Shown here in pieces: positions 1 to 11,958 of a stretch of DNA of 64,000 nt (within the stretch, counting starts at the first letter, position 1; each line of letters starts with the position of its first letter). Under the pieces are notes generated by a model. The model was given only the letters and a program-made list of their open reading frames with translations. It was not told where the DNA came from and ran no database searches. This DNA is from an uncultured Verrucomicrobiae bacterium. Lineage in GTDB: Bacteria; Verrucomicrobiota; Verrucomicrobiia; Chthoniobacterales; Chthoniobacteraceae. The stretch covers positions 76,984 to 140,983 of the forward strand of contig CAVYKI010000004.1 in assembly GCA_963769025.1 (NCBI GenBank), given 5' to 3'. The position numbers and the translations under genes were made by a program.

Positions 1-120
1 GGCCACGCGATGATGGGGCTGAGCCTCGGCCCCGTGACCGGGAGGCTGATGGCCGAGGTCTTGTCCGGCGAGAGTCCGTCGCTCGATATCGCGCTGCTCT
101 CGCCGGATCGCTTTGCGTGA
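1..120 (+). CDS. C-terminal end of FAD-dependent oxidoreductase (D-amino acid dehydrogenase family), partial
   Basis: Frame 1 reads GHAMMGLSLGPVTGRLMAEVLSGESPSLDIALLSPDRFA-stop, the typical DAO-family C-terminus. Confidence 0.8.
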   Translation, partial: GHAMMGLSLGPVTGRLMAEVLSGESPSLDIALLSPDRFA

Positions 121-131
121 GCGTGCGTGCG

Positions 132-812
132 CTACAGTCCGAAAGCCCGGAGCGTCGCCGGCAGGTCGCCGAGGTCGTCGAGCAGGACGTCCGGAGTGTG
201 CGGAGCGAGCTTTTCCCTGCGGAAAATCCCGGTGGCGACCGCGACGACACGGGCTCCGATTGCCCGGGCGCATGAGATGTCGTGAGGCGTGTCGCCGATC
301 ACGAACGTCCGCGAAAGGTCGCACGTGTGGCCGCGCTCGCGGGCGCGGGCGAGTGCGAACGGGCCGAGTTCGTCGCGCAGGTGATGGTCGTCGGCGTATG
401 CGCCGAATTCAAAATACTGCCACACGCGGTAGTGGGAGAGTTTGTGCTCGGCACCGCGCGCGACATTGCCGGTCAGCAGCGCGAGCACCACGTCCGTGCG
501 CTGGCGCAGCAGCGGCAGCAGAGTTTCCACCCCTGGGAGCAGGCGGCCCTGCGCCTCCGGAAGCAGAACCGGGAGGTGGCGCAGATAGTTTCCGAGGAGC
601 GCGGCAATTTCCGCATCCGTTTCCGGGCGGCCGTATTTGCGGAGCAGTTGACGCGCGATGCCGGTGTCCGTACGGCCCGCGATTTCGATTTCGCGCAGGT
701 CATCCTCGACGCCGAAAGTGTCGTGCGCAGCCATCCGCAGGGCGCGTTCGCCGCAGCCGCCCGTCGTGAGCAGCGTGCCGTCGATGTCAAAAAGGAGCAG
801 GGTCTTTTCCAA
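132..812 (-). CDS. HAD-superfamily hydrolase
   Basis: Motif I LFDIDGTLL, LLTGN, motif IV IGDTPHD; TTG start. Confidence 0.9.
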   Translation of the reverse strand: MEKTLLLFDIDGTLLTTGGCGERALRMAAHDTFGVEDDLREIEIAGRTDTGIARQLLRKYGRPETDAEIAALLGNYLRHLPVLLPEAQGRLLPGVETLLPLLRQRTDVVLALLTGNVARGAEHKLSHYRVWQYFEFGAYADDHHLRDELGPFALARARERGHTCDLSRTFVIGDTPHDISCARAIGARVVAVATGIFRREKLAPHTPDVLLDDLGDLPATLRAFGL

Positions 813-901
813 GGCGCGTGGTTGTCGGAGCGGCGGGCCGCTTCGTCAAGGCGCGAGCGGATGCCTTGCGCGAACTGCCGCGCGTGGCGATAACGTGGCG
901 C

Positions 902-3493
902 ATGAGCCGAATCCCCCTCGCACTCCTCGCGACCAGTCTCGTCGCATTTGCTGAAACACCGCGAACAACGTCCCCGCCGCCGGCGGTCGCCGGGCCGGAA
1001 ATCCCCGGCCCGCAGGCCGACGGCACCGTGCTGCTTCCGAACCAATGGTCGCTGCGCCCGGCGGGGAAGCAGATTGTCGTCGGCGATTTCCCGGCGAGCA
1101 TGGCGATGCATCCCGAGGGGAAATTCGCGGCGATACTGCACTGCGGTTACGGGCAGCATGAGATCCAGATCCTCGACACGGCGGCGGGAAAAATCATGTC
1201 GCGCGTGAATGTCGCGGAGGCGTTTTATGGCATCGCGTTCTCGCCCGATGGATCGCGGGTGATTTGCAGCGGCTCGGGGGACGAGGTGCTGCATGTGTTC
1301 AAATTCAAGGACGGCTATCTTGGCGAGCCGACCTCGATCACCCTCCGGCCGAAAGCGGAGCGCGGAGTGCCGTGCGGGCTCGCAGTGTCGGCGGATGGCG
1401 CGACGATTTACGTCGCGAATGTGTGGGGGCAGACGGTGAGCCGCGTGCGGATTCCCGCGGGTGGCGGTGCGGCGGAGGTCACCGAGCTTGCGCTGGCTGC
1501 ACCCGGCGTGATCGGCAAGGTCGCGCCGCGCGTGGGCGCTCCGACGGATGACCCGAGCATCACCAAGCGGGCCGAGGCGATCCTGGACACGACCGGGACA
1601 GATGCGCCTTTCCCGTACGCGTGTGTGCTCGATGAGAAGCGCGGGCGGCTTTACGTGAGCCTTTGGGCGCAGGCGCATGTCGCCGTCATTGATTTGAAGG
1701 AGTGGAAGGAAATCGCGCGCTGGAATGCGGAGGAACACCCGAATGAAATGGTGCTCTCGAAGGGCGGTTCGCATCTCTTTGTCGCGAATGCGAACCGGAA
1801 TTCCGTCTCGGTGATTGATGTCGAGACCGGCAGGACGGTCGAGACGCTCGTCGCGGAACTCACGCCGAATGCGCCGCCGGGCAACACGCCGAACTCGCTC
1901 GCGATTTCACCGGATGGTGAGCGGCTGTTCGTCGCGAATGCGAACATCAACACCGTCGCGGTGTTTGAAATCGAGAAGCCCGGCCACTCGCGTTCGCTCG
2001 GGTTCATCCCGAGCGGCTGGTATCCCACGAGCGTGCGCGTCGTGAAGGACGGGAAACTTCTCATCGCAAATGGCAAGGGCATGGTGAGCCGCTCGAACCG
2101 CCACCTCACGCAGCCCGGCAGGAAGAGTCCGCCGGCGGGCGTGACGGAATACATCGGCGGCATTTTGCAGGGCACCCTGAGCATCGTTCCGCTGCCGGAA
2201 GGCGAGGAGCAATTTGCGACCGAACTGAAAAAGCTGAGCGCGGTCGCGTATTCCTGCATGCCGAAGGCAGCGTCGCGCATTGATGAAGCGGCGCTGAAGG
2301 GGAATCCGATCCCGCGGAAGGTCGGCGATCCGTCGCCGATCCGATATGTGATCTACATCGTGAAGGAGAACCGCACCTATGACCAGGTGCTCGGCGATCT
2401 CGGGCGCGGGAATGGCGATCCGTCGCTCTGCATTTTCGGCGAGGACGTGACGCCGAACCACCACGCGCTGGCCCGCGACTTCGTGACGCTGGACAATTTC
2501 TACGTCGAGAGCGAGGTGAGCGCGGACGGGCACGAGTGGAGCATGGGGGCGTACGCGACGGACTTCGTCGAGAAGACGTGGCCGCTGAGCTACGGGCATG
2601 GGTCGAAGAAATTTCCCTATCCGAGCGAGGGCGTGTTCCCCATTGCCGTGCCGGCCGGCGGATACCTGTGGGACCGCGCGGCGGAGGCGGGTGTGAGCTA
2701 CCGGAGCTATGGGGAATTCACGACGAGCCCCACGGCGAAGGGCCCCGGCAAGGCGAAGGTGAAGGCGCTTGAGGGGCACTTCGATCCCGAGTATCACACG
2801 TTCGACATGAACTATCCGGATGTGAAGCGCGCCGAGCGGTTCATCTCGGAACTGCAGCGTTTTGAAAGGGAGGGCGAGATGCCGCGGCTGCAGATCGTGC
2901 GTCTGCCGAACGATCACACGAGCGGAGCGAGCCCCGGCAAGCCGACGCCGACCGCGCACGTCGCGGACAATGACCTGGCGTTTGGGATGCTCGTCGAGGC
3001 GGTGAGCAAGTCGAAGTTCTGGGCGAAGACGGCGATTTTTGTCGTGGAGGATGACGCGCAGAACGGGCCGGACCATGTGGACGCACATCGCACTGTGGCC
3101 TATGCGATTTCGCCCTACACCCGCCGCGGCGTCGTGGATAGCACGCTGTATTCGACGGCTTCGATGCTGCGGACGATGGAACTGATCCTCGGGCTGAAGC
3201 CGATGTCGCAGTTCGACGCTCTGGCGATGCCGATGTTCGCGAGCTTCCAGGAAAAGCCGGACCTCCGCCCCTACGAGCGCAAGATGCCGAAGGCGGACCT
3301 CAGCGAGATCACCAAGAAGACTGCGTGGGGCGTGAAGGAGACGAGCACGATGGACCTGTCGAAGGAGGATGCCGCGGATGACTTGCTGCTGAACGAAGTC
3401 ATCTGGCGGAACGTGCGCGGTGCGGACAGCCCGATGCCTTCGCCGGTGCGTCGGGCGTGGGTGCTGGCGGGGGATGCGGACGATCCGAAATAG
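902..3493 (+). CDS. Secreted YncE-like beta-propeller fused to phosphoesterase/alkaline-phosphatase-like domain
   Basis: Signal peptide MSRIPLALLATSLVAFA; YVTN-type repeats; YIVKENRTYDQVLGD, SADGHEW and EDDAQNGPDHVDAHR motifs. Confidence 0.9.
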   Translation: MSRIPLALLATSLVAFAETPRTTSPPPAVAGPEIPGPQADGTVLLPNQWSLRPAGKQIVVGDFPASMAMHPEGKFAAILHCGYGQHEIQILDTAAGKIMSRVNVAEAFYGIAFSPDGSRVICSGSGDEVLHVFKFKDGYLGEPTSITLRPKAERGVPCGLAVSADGATIYVANVWGQTVSRVRIPAGGGAAEVTELALAAPGVIGKVAPRVGAPTDDPSITKRAEAILDTTGTDAPFPYACVLDEKRGRLYVSLWAQAHVAVIDLKEWKEIARWNAEEHPNEMVLSKGGSHLFVANANRNSVSVIDVETGRTVETLVAELTPNAPPGNTPNSLAISPDGERLFVANANINTVAVFEIEKPGHSRSLGFIPSGWYPTSVRVVKDGKLLIANGKGMVSRSNRHLTQPGRKSPPAGVTEYIGGILQGTLSIVPLPEGEEQFATELKKLSAVAYSCMPKAASRIDEAALKGNPIPRKVGDPSPIRYVIYIVKENRTYDQVLGDLGRGNGDPSLCIFGEDVTPNHHALARDFVTLDNFYVESEVSADGHEWSMGAYATDFVEKTWPLSYGHGSKKFPYPSEGVFPIAVPAGGYLWDRAAEAGVSYRSYGEFTTSPTAKGPGKAKVKALEGHFDPEYHTFDMNYPDVKRAERFISELQRFEREGEMPRLQIVRLPNDHTSGASPGKPTPTAHVADNDLAFGMLVEAVSKSKFWAKTAIFVVEDDAQNGPDHVDAHRTVAYAISPYTRRGVVDSTLYSTASMLRTMELILGLKPMSQFDALAMPMFASFQEKPDLRPYERKMPKADLSEITKKTAWGVKETSTMDLSKEDAADDLLLNEVIWRNVRGADSPMPSPVRRAWVLAGDADDPK

Positions 3494-3544
3494 GGCGCGT
3501 CAAAGACCGACCGCAGCCGCGCGTTTCAGATCGCGGTCACGACT

Positions 3545-6001
3545 TCAGGCCGGGATGACGGGCTTCTCACTCTTGACCTTCACCTCGGTGCGGAGGTTGC
3601 GGCCGCCGCGGCCGCTCCACCAGAGCACGATGGGGGCCGCGATGTAGATGGAGGAGAAGGTGCCGACTACCACGCCAATGAAGATGGTGAAGGCGAAGTC
3701 GTTCAACACCGGGCCGCCCAGGAAATAGAGGGCGGCGAGCGCGAGGAGCGTCGTGCCGCCGGTGAGGATGGTGCGGCTCAGCGTGTCGTTGATGCTGCGG
3801 TTCATGATCTGCATGATGCTCCCGCTTTCACCGTTTCGGATGCCTTCACGGATGCGGTCAAAGACGACAATGCTGTCGCTCACGGAATAGCCGGCGACCG
3901 TGAGCACTGCGCCGACAAAGATGAGCGAGATCTCGTGCCCGGTGAGGGAGAAGATCCCGACGGTGATGAGAACGTCGTGGATCACTGCGACGAGAGCCGA
4001 GATGGCGAAGGATACCTCGAACCGTAAGGCGACGTAGATCATGATCCCCAAGAGGCCGAGGCCGAGCGCGATGAGCGAGCTGTGCATGAGTTCGTCTCCG
4101 ACGACGCTGCCGACCTTCTCGGTGGCCTCGGTGCGGAATTTCGCCTCGGGGAATTTTGCCTTCAGGTGGGATTCCACCGTCTGGCCGGTGTCGATGGGCG
4201 AACGGACGGTGAGGAACTCGGCGGTCGCGGATTTTTCCGTCTGCACCACGCTGTCGGCAAGCTTCAGCTCGTCGAGCGCTTCGCGGACCTTAGAGTCGCT
4301 GACCTTGGGACCCTGTGCCTCAAGCACGAGGCGGTCGCCGCCGCGGAAGTCCACACCGAAATTCGAAGCTCCCCTCATCGCGAAACCCACCGACAGGGCG
4401 GCGATGAGGATGACCGAGGCAGAAATGGCCACCCGGCGCTGACCCATGAAGTTGACATTCGTCTTCCCGATGAGGTCCGCCATGGTGATCTTCTTCAGGA
4501 TGTTGAAGTGGAACATCCAGAGGAACAGATTGCGCGTGATGACGAGCGCGGTGAACATCGAGGCCACGATGCCGATGGTGAGCGTGACGGCGAATCCCTT
4601 CACCGGACCGGTGGCCTGCCAGTAGAGGATGGCGGCGGTGACCAGGGTGGTCACGTGCGAATCGAAGATGGCGGAGAATGCCTTGCTGTAGGAGGTGTCG
4701 AGGGCGGCCTTGAGCGACTTCCCGGCGGCGATTTCAGTGCGGAGGCGCTCATAGATGAGCACATTGGCGTCGATCGCCATGCCGAGGGTGAGGATGGTGC
4801 CGGCGATGCCCGGCAGGGTGAGCACGGCGCCGAACATGGCGAGGATGCTGAAGAGCAGCAGACCCTCGATGGCCAGCGCGATGAGGGCCACGAGGCCGGC
4901 CAGCCGGTAATAGAAGAGCACGGCCACCCAGATGAGCAGCATGCCCACCACGCCGGACCAGATGCCGCTGGAGATTGAATCCGCGCCGAGCGATGCGGAC
5001 GCGCTGCGCTCCTCCTCGATCTTCACCGGGTTTTGCAGCGGGTTCAGCAGCGAACTGGCGAGTCCGCGTGCTTCCGCCTCGGTGAATTTGCCGGTGATGC
5101 GGCAGCCGCCGCCGGCGATGCCGCCATGCACCTGCGTGGTGGGGGCGGAGATGATCTTGTTGTCCAGCACGATGGCAAAGCGATCCGTGCCGACGCGCAT
5201 GGCCCGCGTGAGTTCGAAAAATTTGTCTCCCGCCTCCTTGTCGAACTGGATGCTGATGAACCAGCCCTCGAGATCGTAGCCCGCGTATGCGGACTTGATG
5301 TGATCGCCCGTGATGTCGGGCACGCGATGGACGAGCAGCTTGCGCTCCGCAGCCTCGGGATCCTTATCCGCCTTGAACGGCAGAACCGTCCACGTTGGAT
5401 CGAGAATCCTCTGCTTTGCCTCAATGGCGGGCAGCAGGGCGCTGCTTTCTGGATGCACCATCCGGAAGTCCAGCTTTGCCACCTCCTGGAGCTGCTTGCG
5501 CGTGTCTTCGAGTTGCTCGGGTGCAAGACCGGGAATCTGCACGAGCACCCGGTCGCCTCCGGACGGCGTGATGACCGGCTCGCCTGTGCCCATCTTGTCC
5601 ACGCGGGTCCGGATCACCTCGACGGCCTGATCGAGCGCCTCACGAGTGACGGGCCGCTTTTCCCCCGTGATCGGGTCCTCGGCAGGCTGAATCCGGATCA
5701 GGAAAGTGGTGCCGCCCTTCAGGTCGATGCCGAGCGGAATCCGACCCTTCTTTTCGATCTTCTCCCTCCCGGTCTCGGGATCGATGATGACCTGGCCGGT
5801 CACGGGATCCTTTGCGATCACGTCGAACGGCGGATAAACGAAGACCACACCAATCGTGACAGCGAGGACGGTCAGCAACGTCCCGAGGATGCGCTTTGCC
5901 CTCTCCCCATCGGTGATGAGATAGGCCAAGCAGAGGATTAGCAGTACGAGGCCGTAGGCGAACGTCGCGTACGGATGGGTGAGGGATTCGAGGAACTTCA
6001 T
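3545..6001 (-). CDS. secDF: Protein translocase subunit SecDF (fused)
   Basis: LGIDLKGG, LTLPGIAG..LGMAIDANVLIYER, FGVDFRGG, GYSVSDSIVVFDRIRE. Confidence 0.97.
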   Translation of the reverse strand: MKFLESLTHPYATFAYGLVLLILCLAYLITDGERAKRILGTLLTVLAVTIGVVFVYPPFDVIAKDPVTGQVIIDPETGREKIEKKGRIPLGIDLKGGTTFLIRIQPAEDPITGEKRPVTREALDQAVEVIRTRVDKMGTGEPVITPSGGDRVLVQIPGLAPEQLEDTRKQLQEVAKLDFRMVHPESSALLPAIEAKQRILDPTWTVLPFKADKDPEAAERKLLVHRVPDITGDHIKSAYAGYDLEGWFISIQFDKEAGDKFFELTRAMRVGTDRFAIVLDNKIISAPTTQVHGGIAGGGCRITGKFTEAEARGLASSLLNPLQNPVKIEEERSASASLGADSISSGIWSGVVGMLLIWVAVLFYYRLAGLVALIALAIEGLLLFSILAMFGAVLTLPGIAGTILTLGMAIDANVLIYERLRTEIAAGKSLKAALDTSYSKAFSAIFDSHVTTLVTAAILYWQATGPVKGFAVTLTIGIVASMFTALVITRNLFLWMFHFNILKKITMADLIGKTNVNFMGQRRVAISASVILIAALSVGFAMRGASNFGVDFRGGDRLVLEAQGPKVSDSKVREALDELKLADSVVQTEKSATAEFLTVRSPIDTGQTVESHLKAKFPEAKFRTEATEKVGSVVGDELMHSSLIALGLGLLGIMIYVALRFEVSFAISALVAVIHDVLITVGIFSLTGHEISLIFVGAVLTVAGYSVSDSIVVFDRIREGIRNGESGSIMQIMNRSINDTLSRTILTGGTTLLALAALYFLGGPVLNDFAFTIFIGVVVGTFSSIYIAAPIVLWWSGRGGRNLRTEVKVKSEKPVIPA

Positions 6002-6019
6002 GGCAGGGGTCGGGGAAAA

Positions 6020-6361
6020 TCAGGCTGCGGGAGCCGCTTCCTTCGGGAGGACGACGACGACGGACGCCTTGTCCACGGTCAGTTTGCAATTGTCATCCAC
6101 CTTCAGCACCAGCGTCGGGCCGTCCTTCACATTCGTCACCACGCCGTGGATGCCGCCATTGGTCACCACCCGGTCGCCCGTCTTCAGCCCCGCGATGCGG
6201 GCGATCAGTTCCTTCTGTTTCTTCTGCTGCGGGCGGATCATGAACAGCCACATGATGACCATGATGGCGCCGAACCAGATGAAGGTATTCCACATCTGGA
6301 GGCTCGGATCGCCTCCCGGTGCCGGTGCCTGCGCGAGGATGTGGGTCAGTGGGATATTCAT
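6020..6361 (-). CDS. yajC: Preprotein translocase subunit YajC
   Basis: TM helix then IRPQQKKQKE..LKTGDRVVTNGGIHGVV; directly upstream of secDF. Confidence 0.95.
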   Translation of the reverse strand: MNIPLTHILAQAPAPGGDPSLQMWNTFIWFGAIMVIMWLFMIRPQQKKQKELIARIAGLKTGDRVVTNGGIHGVVTNVKDGPTLVLKVDDNCKLTVDKASVVVVLPKEAAPAA

Positions 6362-6519
6362 AGAGTAAAAAAGGGCGCACAGGCTATGCGGCTCGCGGTG
6401 ATTGTCCAAGGTTTTCCGTGGCCCCGCTCGCCTGCGGACCGTGCGGGAGCATCAATGTCGCCATTCCGGCCCTGGGCGTCGCCTCGGGCGTCGTTCGGAA
6501 TACGCGATGGCGCCGCCGA

Positions 6520-7733
6520 TCATTTCCCGGAGTCCTTGCCGTCGGTGAGCCATTCGAGGTTGAAGCGCGCGAGCGTGAGCGCGGCGCCTGCGAAGCCGGG
6601 CTGTGTGCCGCGGCCGTAGAAGCAGAGGATGGTGCCGGCGTGCGTGACGGCGATGTCGCTGTACATGCTCGGGCCGGGCTCGATGGGTTTGTTGACGGTC
6701 CACGTCCGGCCTTCGTCGTAGCTGAGCTTCACGGAGACGTTCTTGCGGTCGCGGTTCTTGCCGGGCTCCTCCTTGCCGTCGGCGCGCGAGAGGTTGTCGG
6801 GATTGGAAAAGAGGATGCGGTTTTTGCCTCCGGTGGCTGCGGTGGAGAAGCGCACGATGCCGGCCATGCAGATGGGTTCGAGCAGCGCATCGTCAAATTT
6901 CGGCGTCGCTCCAGCCGGTCGCGCCGTCCTTGCTCGTCGTGACGAGGCGGCGGTGGGCCTTGGATTCGCTGCGCACGTTCAGCATCACGCGGCCGTCGGC
7001 GAGTTCGATGGCGACGGTTTCATTCGGATTGATCCATTCCTCGGTGCAGGGAATGGCGATGTCGCCGGCGTGCCAGGTCGGCGCCGTGGTCGTCGCTGAA
7101 GATGGTCGCGGTGACCGACGGGCGGTGCGCATTGCCGCCGGTGCCGGTGGAGAGCCACACGGGAACGACGAGGCGGCCGGTGCGGAGCTGGATGCTGTGG
7201 TCGGGGCCGGTCGCGAGGACCTTCCAGTCGTAGGCGGATCTGAATTTTTCAAACGTGCCGGTGATCTCCACCGGCGCGCTCCAGCTCACGCCGTCGTCGG
7301 TGCTGCGCTGGTAGAATGCGCGCATGTATTCGAGGCAGAAAAGCATGTGCACCGTGCCGTCGCTGTCGGCGATGAGGACGGGGTTGTTGTACGTCACGTC
7401 GTTCGGATCCACGTTTTTCATCCGCAGCGAGAAGGGATTCTTCGCCTTCGGGCCCGGCACGTCGGCGATGCTCTTTGGTTCGCTCCAGGTCTTGCCGTCA
7501 TCGGTCGAGCGGCGGAGCAGGATGCGGATGTCGTCCCAGTCGCCGCCTTTCCTGCGCGCCTCGCACCACGCGAGCACGGTGCCCTTCGCGGTCACGACGA
7601 TGCCGGGGATGTGGTAGATCTTATATGCGGGATTGTCGCCGACCGTGAAGAGGTCGAGCTTTTCGATGAAGGGCTCGGCGGCGGTGGCTGCGACGGCGAG
7701 CAGGGCGAGGACGGCGATGAGGCGGGATTTCAT
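6520..7733 (-). CDS. Secreted sialidase-family (BNR/Asp-box, GH33-like) protein, split by ~2 frameshifts
   Basis: Signal peptide, YHIPG (RIP-like), Asp boxes STDDGKTWS, STDDGVSWS, SKDGATGWS, SYDEGRTW spread over ORFs 7020-7733, 6893-7252 and 6520-6867. Confidence 0.85.
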
Positions 7734-7864
7734 GGCGGAGCAGCGTGTGCGGACGGTTGGGGTTTTGACTCGGAGACGCAGAGAGGGGATGGAGAGGCAG
7801 GCGGAGGAAAGAAGAAAAATGAGTCCCGCGATGACGAGCGGAAGGGCGTCGCGTTACACGCACT

Positions 7865-8013
7865 GCGCCTTGGACTGCGGCGGCTTGCCGCCGCTTTGTG
7901 GTCGGCGAGCCTTGGCGAACGTGGGGGGGCATCGGGACACACGGGATCGCTCGCCATCTTCTCGGCAAGCCTCGAAGCGGAAAGCGGCGGCAAGCCGCCG
8001 CAGTCCAGGGCGC
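7865..8013. repeat. REP-like inverted doublet (family A)
   Basis: TGGACTGCGGCGGCTTGCCGCCGCTTT (7871-7897) and its exact reverse complement (7981-8007); each arm is internally palindromic; intergenic. Confidence 0.85.
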
Positions 8014-8023
8014 CAGTCGCGCG

Positions 8024-8788
8024 TCACCACTCGCCGCCGCGCTTGAACTTTGCCTTCGCGTTCTTCCCAAACTGCGCGGCGGCGGCACCGATGCCGCTGA
8101 GGATTTCCTGCAAGCTGAAGCCGGCCGTGTCGCGGGCGGCGGGGATGATGGTGTCGCACTCGTTGGCGTCCATGAATCGCGCGGCATCGAGCAGACCCGC
8201 CTGTTCCTCGGGCGCGACGACGAGGAAGCCGTGCTTGTCCGCGTGGATCAGATCGCCGGGCGACACCTTGCGGCCAAAGACCTCGACCTCGCAGCCCCAG
8301 CGCACCGGATGCGAGAACGCGTGCCCCACGCACATCCGCCGGGCGAGCGCCTTGAAGCCGGCGTTGGTCATTTCATCGACGTCGCGAATCGCGCCGTCGG
8401 TGATCGTGCCGACGCAGCCGAGCGCGCGGTGGATGTTGCTGTTCACCTCGCCCCAAAACGCGCCGATCATGCGCGGCTTGTCGAGGTCCTGCACGACGAC
8501 GATCTTCGGCCCGGGCGCCATCGCGACGTATTCGCGATACTCGGTCCACGCGTTCGGGTTCGTGTCGCGGTGCGCCTTCTTGCTCGGCTCAAAGACGACG
8601 GTGACGGCGTAGCCGACCATCGGGCCCATCTGCGGCATGAAGTCGCGCGTCTCCTCGAGATTGAACGCATCGGCGGCGGGGTCGTGTTTGGTGATTTGCT
8701 CCCAGCCGTTGTAGATGGTGGGCGTATTCCAGCGTTTGAGCTGGAGGAGGTCGGCGTGGGAAAGGCGCGCGGGGGTGTCGTTGCTCAT
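8024..8788 (-). CDS. RraA-family protein (HMG aldolase-like)
   Basis: PMVGYAVT, AFWGEVN, GTITDGAIRDVDE, PGDLIHADKHG. Confidence 0.9.
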   Translation of the reverse strand: MSNDTPARLSHADLLQLKRWNTPTIYNGWEQITKHDPAADAFNLEETRDFMPQMGPMVGYAVTVVFEPSKKAHRDTNPNAWTEYREYVAMAPGPKIVVVQDLDKPRMIGAFWGEVNSNIHRALGCVGTITDGAIRDVDEMTNAGFKALARRMCVGHAFSHPVRWGCEVEVFGRKVSPGDLIHADKHGFLVVAPEEQAGLLDAARFMDANECDTIIPAARDTAGFSLQEILSGIGAAAAQFGKNAKAKFKRGGEW

Positions 8789-8888
8789 GGCTGCGCGCAT
8801 TCGTCCACATTTCCACAGCACCGCACAAGCCGGAGGTCCCGCTGTTTTCACTCCCCGGGTTCCCAATCGGCGGCCTGGCAGCCGGGCC

Positions 8889-9443
8889 TTACTTGGCCTG
8901 GAGGGCCTTCAAGGCATTGAGCCCGCCGGGGGCGCTCGCAGCGCTCGTGGCGGCTCCGCGGGTCGCCTTGCGAACGGCGTTGTCGAATTCCTTGTCCATC
9001 GGATGGCCGCTGAAAATGAGCGCGCCGGTCGTGTCGAAAATGAACGCGTGCGGGATGCCGCTGAATTTCACGGGTCCGCTGACGCCGCCGGTAATCGTAT
9101 AGGCGAGCTGGTTCTTCTTCACCACCTGCTTCACCTCTTCATCGCTTGCGTTCTGCGAGTGCGCTCCAAAGACGACCATCTTGCTCTTCTCGCGTTTCGC
9201 GATGGAATTGATGTGCGGGAGGCTGGCGATGCACGGGCCGCAGTGCACGCCCCAAGCCTCGATGAGCACGGCCTTACCTGTTGTGTCCGCGAGGCTCGTC
9301 TGGGGGCCCGTGATGAAACTGCCCAGTTTGAACTCGCTGAGCGTGTGCGGCGGCGCGGAACCCGCGGATTTCTTGGTGTCGGCGGCGATGAGCGCGCCGC
9401 ATGTGAGCAGGAACGTGAGTCCGATTCCGGGAAGGGTTTTCAT
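8889..9443 (-). CDS. Exported TlpA/thioredoxin-like disulfide oxidoreductase
   Basis: Signal peptide; WGVHCGPC CxxC motif; GIPHAFIFD cis-Pro loop. Confidence 0.85.
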   Translation of the reverse strand: MKTLPGIGLTFLLTCGALIAADTKKSAGSAPPHTLSEFKLGSFITGPQTSLADTTGKAVLIEAWGVHCGPCIASLPHINSIAKREKSKMVVFGAHSQNASDEEVKQVVKKNQLAYTITGGVSGPVKFSGIPHAFIFDTTGALIFSGHPMDKEFDNAVRKATRGAATSAASAPGGLNALKALQAK

Positions 9444-9591
9444 GGCGGCAGGGAGGGTGATGCGTCCGCGTACCGGGTTCAAGTCACGATTCCGTGCATC
9501 CTGGGCGTGCCCCGCTGCCCGGCAGTGGTGGCGGAAGCGGGCCGCTCCTCTCGCGGGACGCAGCCCCTCGGAATTCGGATCGTGATTCCCG

Positions 9592-10748
<1,157 letters not shown>

Positions 10749-11007
10749 GGGAGTGGGTGGGTTTTGGGTTTGAGAGGGGCGGGAGTTCAGCAAAGCGCCG
10801 CGCGTGTTGCAATCGCCGAGCGGCATCATTTTGCAGGATTGCGCGGGAGCGCGGGCGGCGGGGGGAAATCTCACGTTTGGCAGGCGAGGCGGGGTTTGCG
10901 TGCCGGGGACTCCGTCACGAAAATCTCGCGCTGCAGATGAGTGCCGGACAAACCTGCGGCTTCAATGCCGATTTCCGTTTCGACGATCTCCGCACACCAC
11001 GAACCAC

Positions 11008-11907
11008 ATGCAAAATCTTAACCGGACCGACATGCCCGCGCCGATGCCGGTGATCGTCGGTGCCCCGCGCTCGGGCACCACGCTCCTGCGGCTGATGCTC
11101 GATGCGCACCCGGACCTCGCGATTCCGCCGGAGACCGGATTTTTCTGCGGGCTGCCGGAAGCGGGCGGGCCTTCCGGATGCACGCGGGAATGGTTCATGG
11201 ATTTCATCACGACCTGCCCGCCCGGCGCGCCCGCGTGGGGCGACTTCGGCGTGTCGGCCGACGCTTTGCGGGAGAGCCTGGAAGCGATCCAGCCGTTCAA
11301 TCTTGCGGATGCTTTTCGCTGCTTCTACCGGCTCTACGCCGAGCGGCACTCAAAGCCGCGCTCGGGCGACAAGACTCCCGTCCACGCCCTCCACATCGCT
11401 GCCATTGCGCGGTTGCTGCCCGAAGCACGCCTCGTCCATCTCATTCGCGACGGGCGCGACGCCGCGCTTTCCATCCGCCCGCTCTGGTTTGCACCGGCGC
11501 AGGACTTCGCCGGGCTCGCGGCGCATTGGCAGCACATCGTCCGCACGACGCGCAGCCAGGCAAGGGAGTGTCCGCACTACCGGGAGGTGCGGTACGAGGA
11601 CCTCATCCGCAAACCGGAGCGGGAGCTGCGGGCGCTCTGCGAATACCTCGAGCTGCCATTTGATCCCGCGATGCTCGCTTATCACGAGCGCGCCGGGGAG
11701 CGCCTGCGCGAACATCGGGATCGCAGTGCAGCCGACGGGACGCTGATCGTCTCGCATGAGACTCGCAGGAGCACGCACGCACTCACGTCGCGTCCGCCGG
11801 ACGTCACGCGGATCGGCGTGTGGCGCTCGGAGATGCCGCCGGAAGCGCAGGCCAAATTCGGCGCGGTGGCAGGCGATCTTTTGCGGGAACTCGGCTACGG
11901 CGACTGA
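11008..11907 (+). CDS. Sulfotransferase family protein
   Basis: 5'-PSB IVGAPRSGTTLLR, GDKTP, 3'-PB HLIRDGRD, VRYEDL. Confidence 0.92.
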   Translation: MQNLNRTDMPAPMPVIVGAPRSGTTLLRLMLDAHPDLAIPPETGFFCGLPEAGGPSGCTREWFMDFITTCPPGAPAWGDFGVSADALRESLEAIQPFNLADAFRCFYRLYAERHSKPRSGDKTPVHALHIAAIARLLPEARLVHLIRDGRDAALSIRPLWFAPAQDFAGLAAHWQHIVRTTRSQARECPHYREVRYEDLIRKPERELRALCEYLELPFDPAMLAYHERAGERLREHRDRSAADGTLIVSHETRRSTHALTSRPPDVTRIGVWRSEMPPEAQAKFGAVAGDLLRELGYGD

Positions 11908-11958
11908 TAAACGATCGCCCCGTTGCATTGGGGAGTTTGCACCTTATGGTGCGCGTGA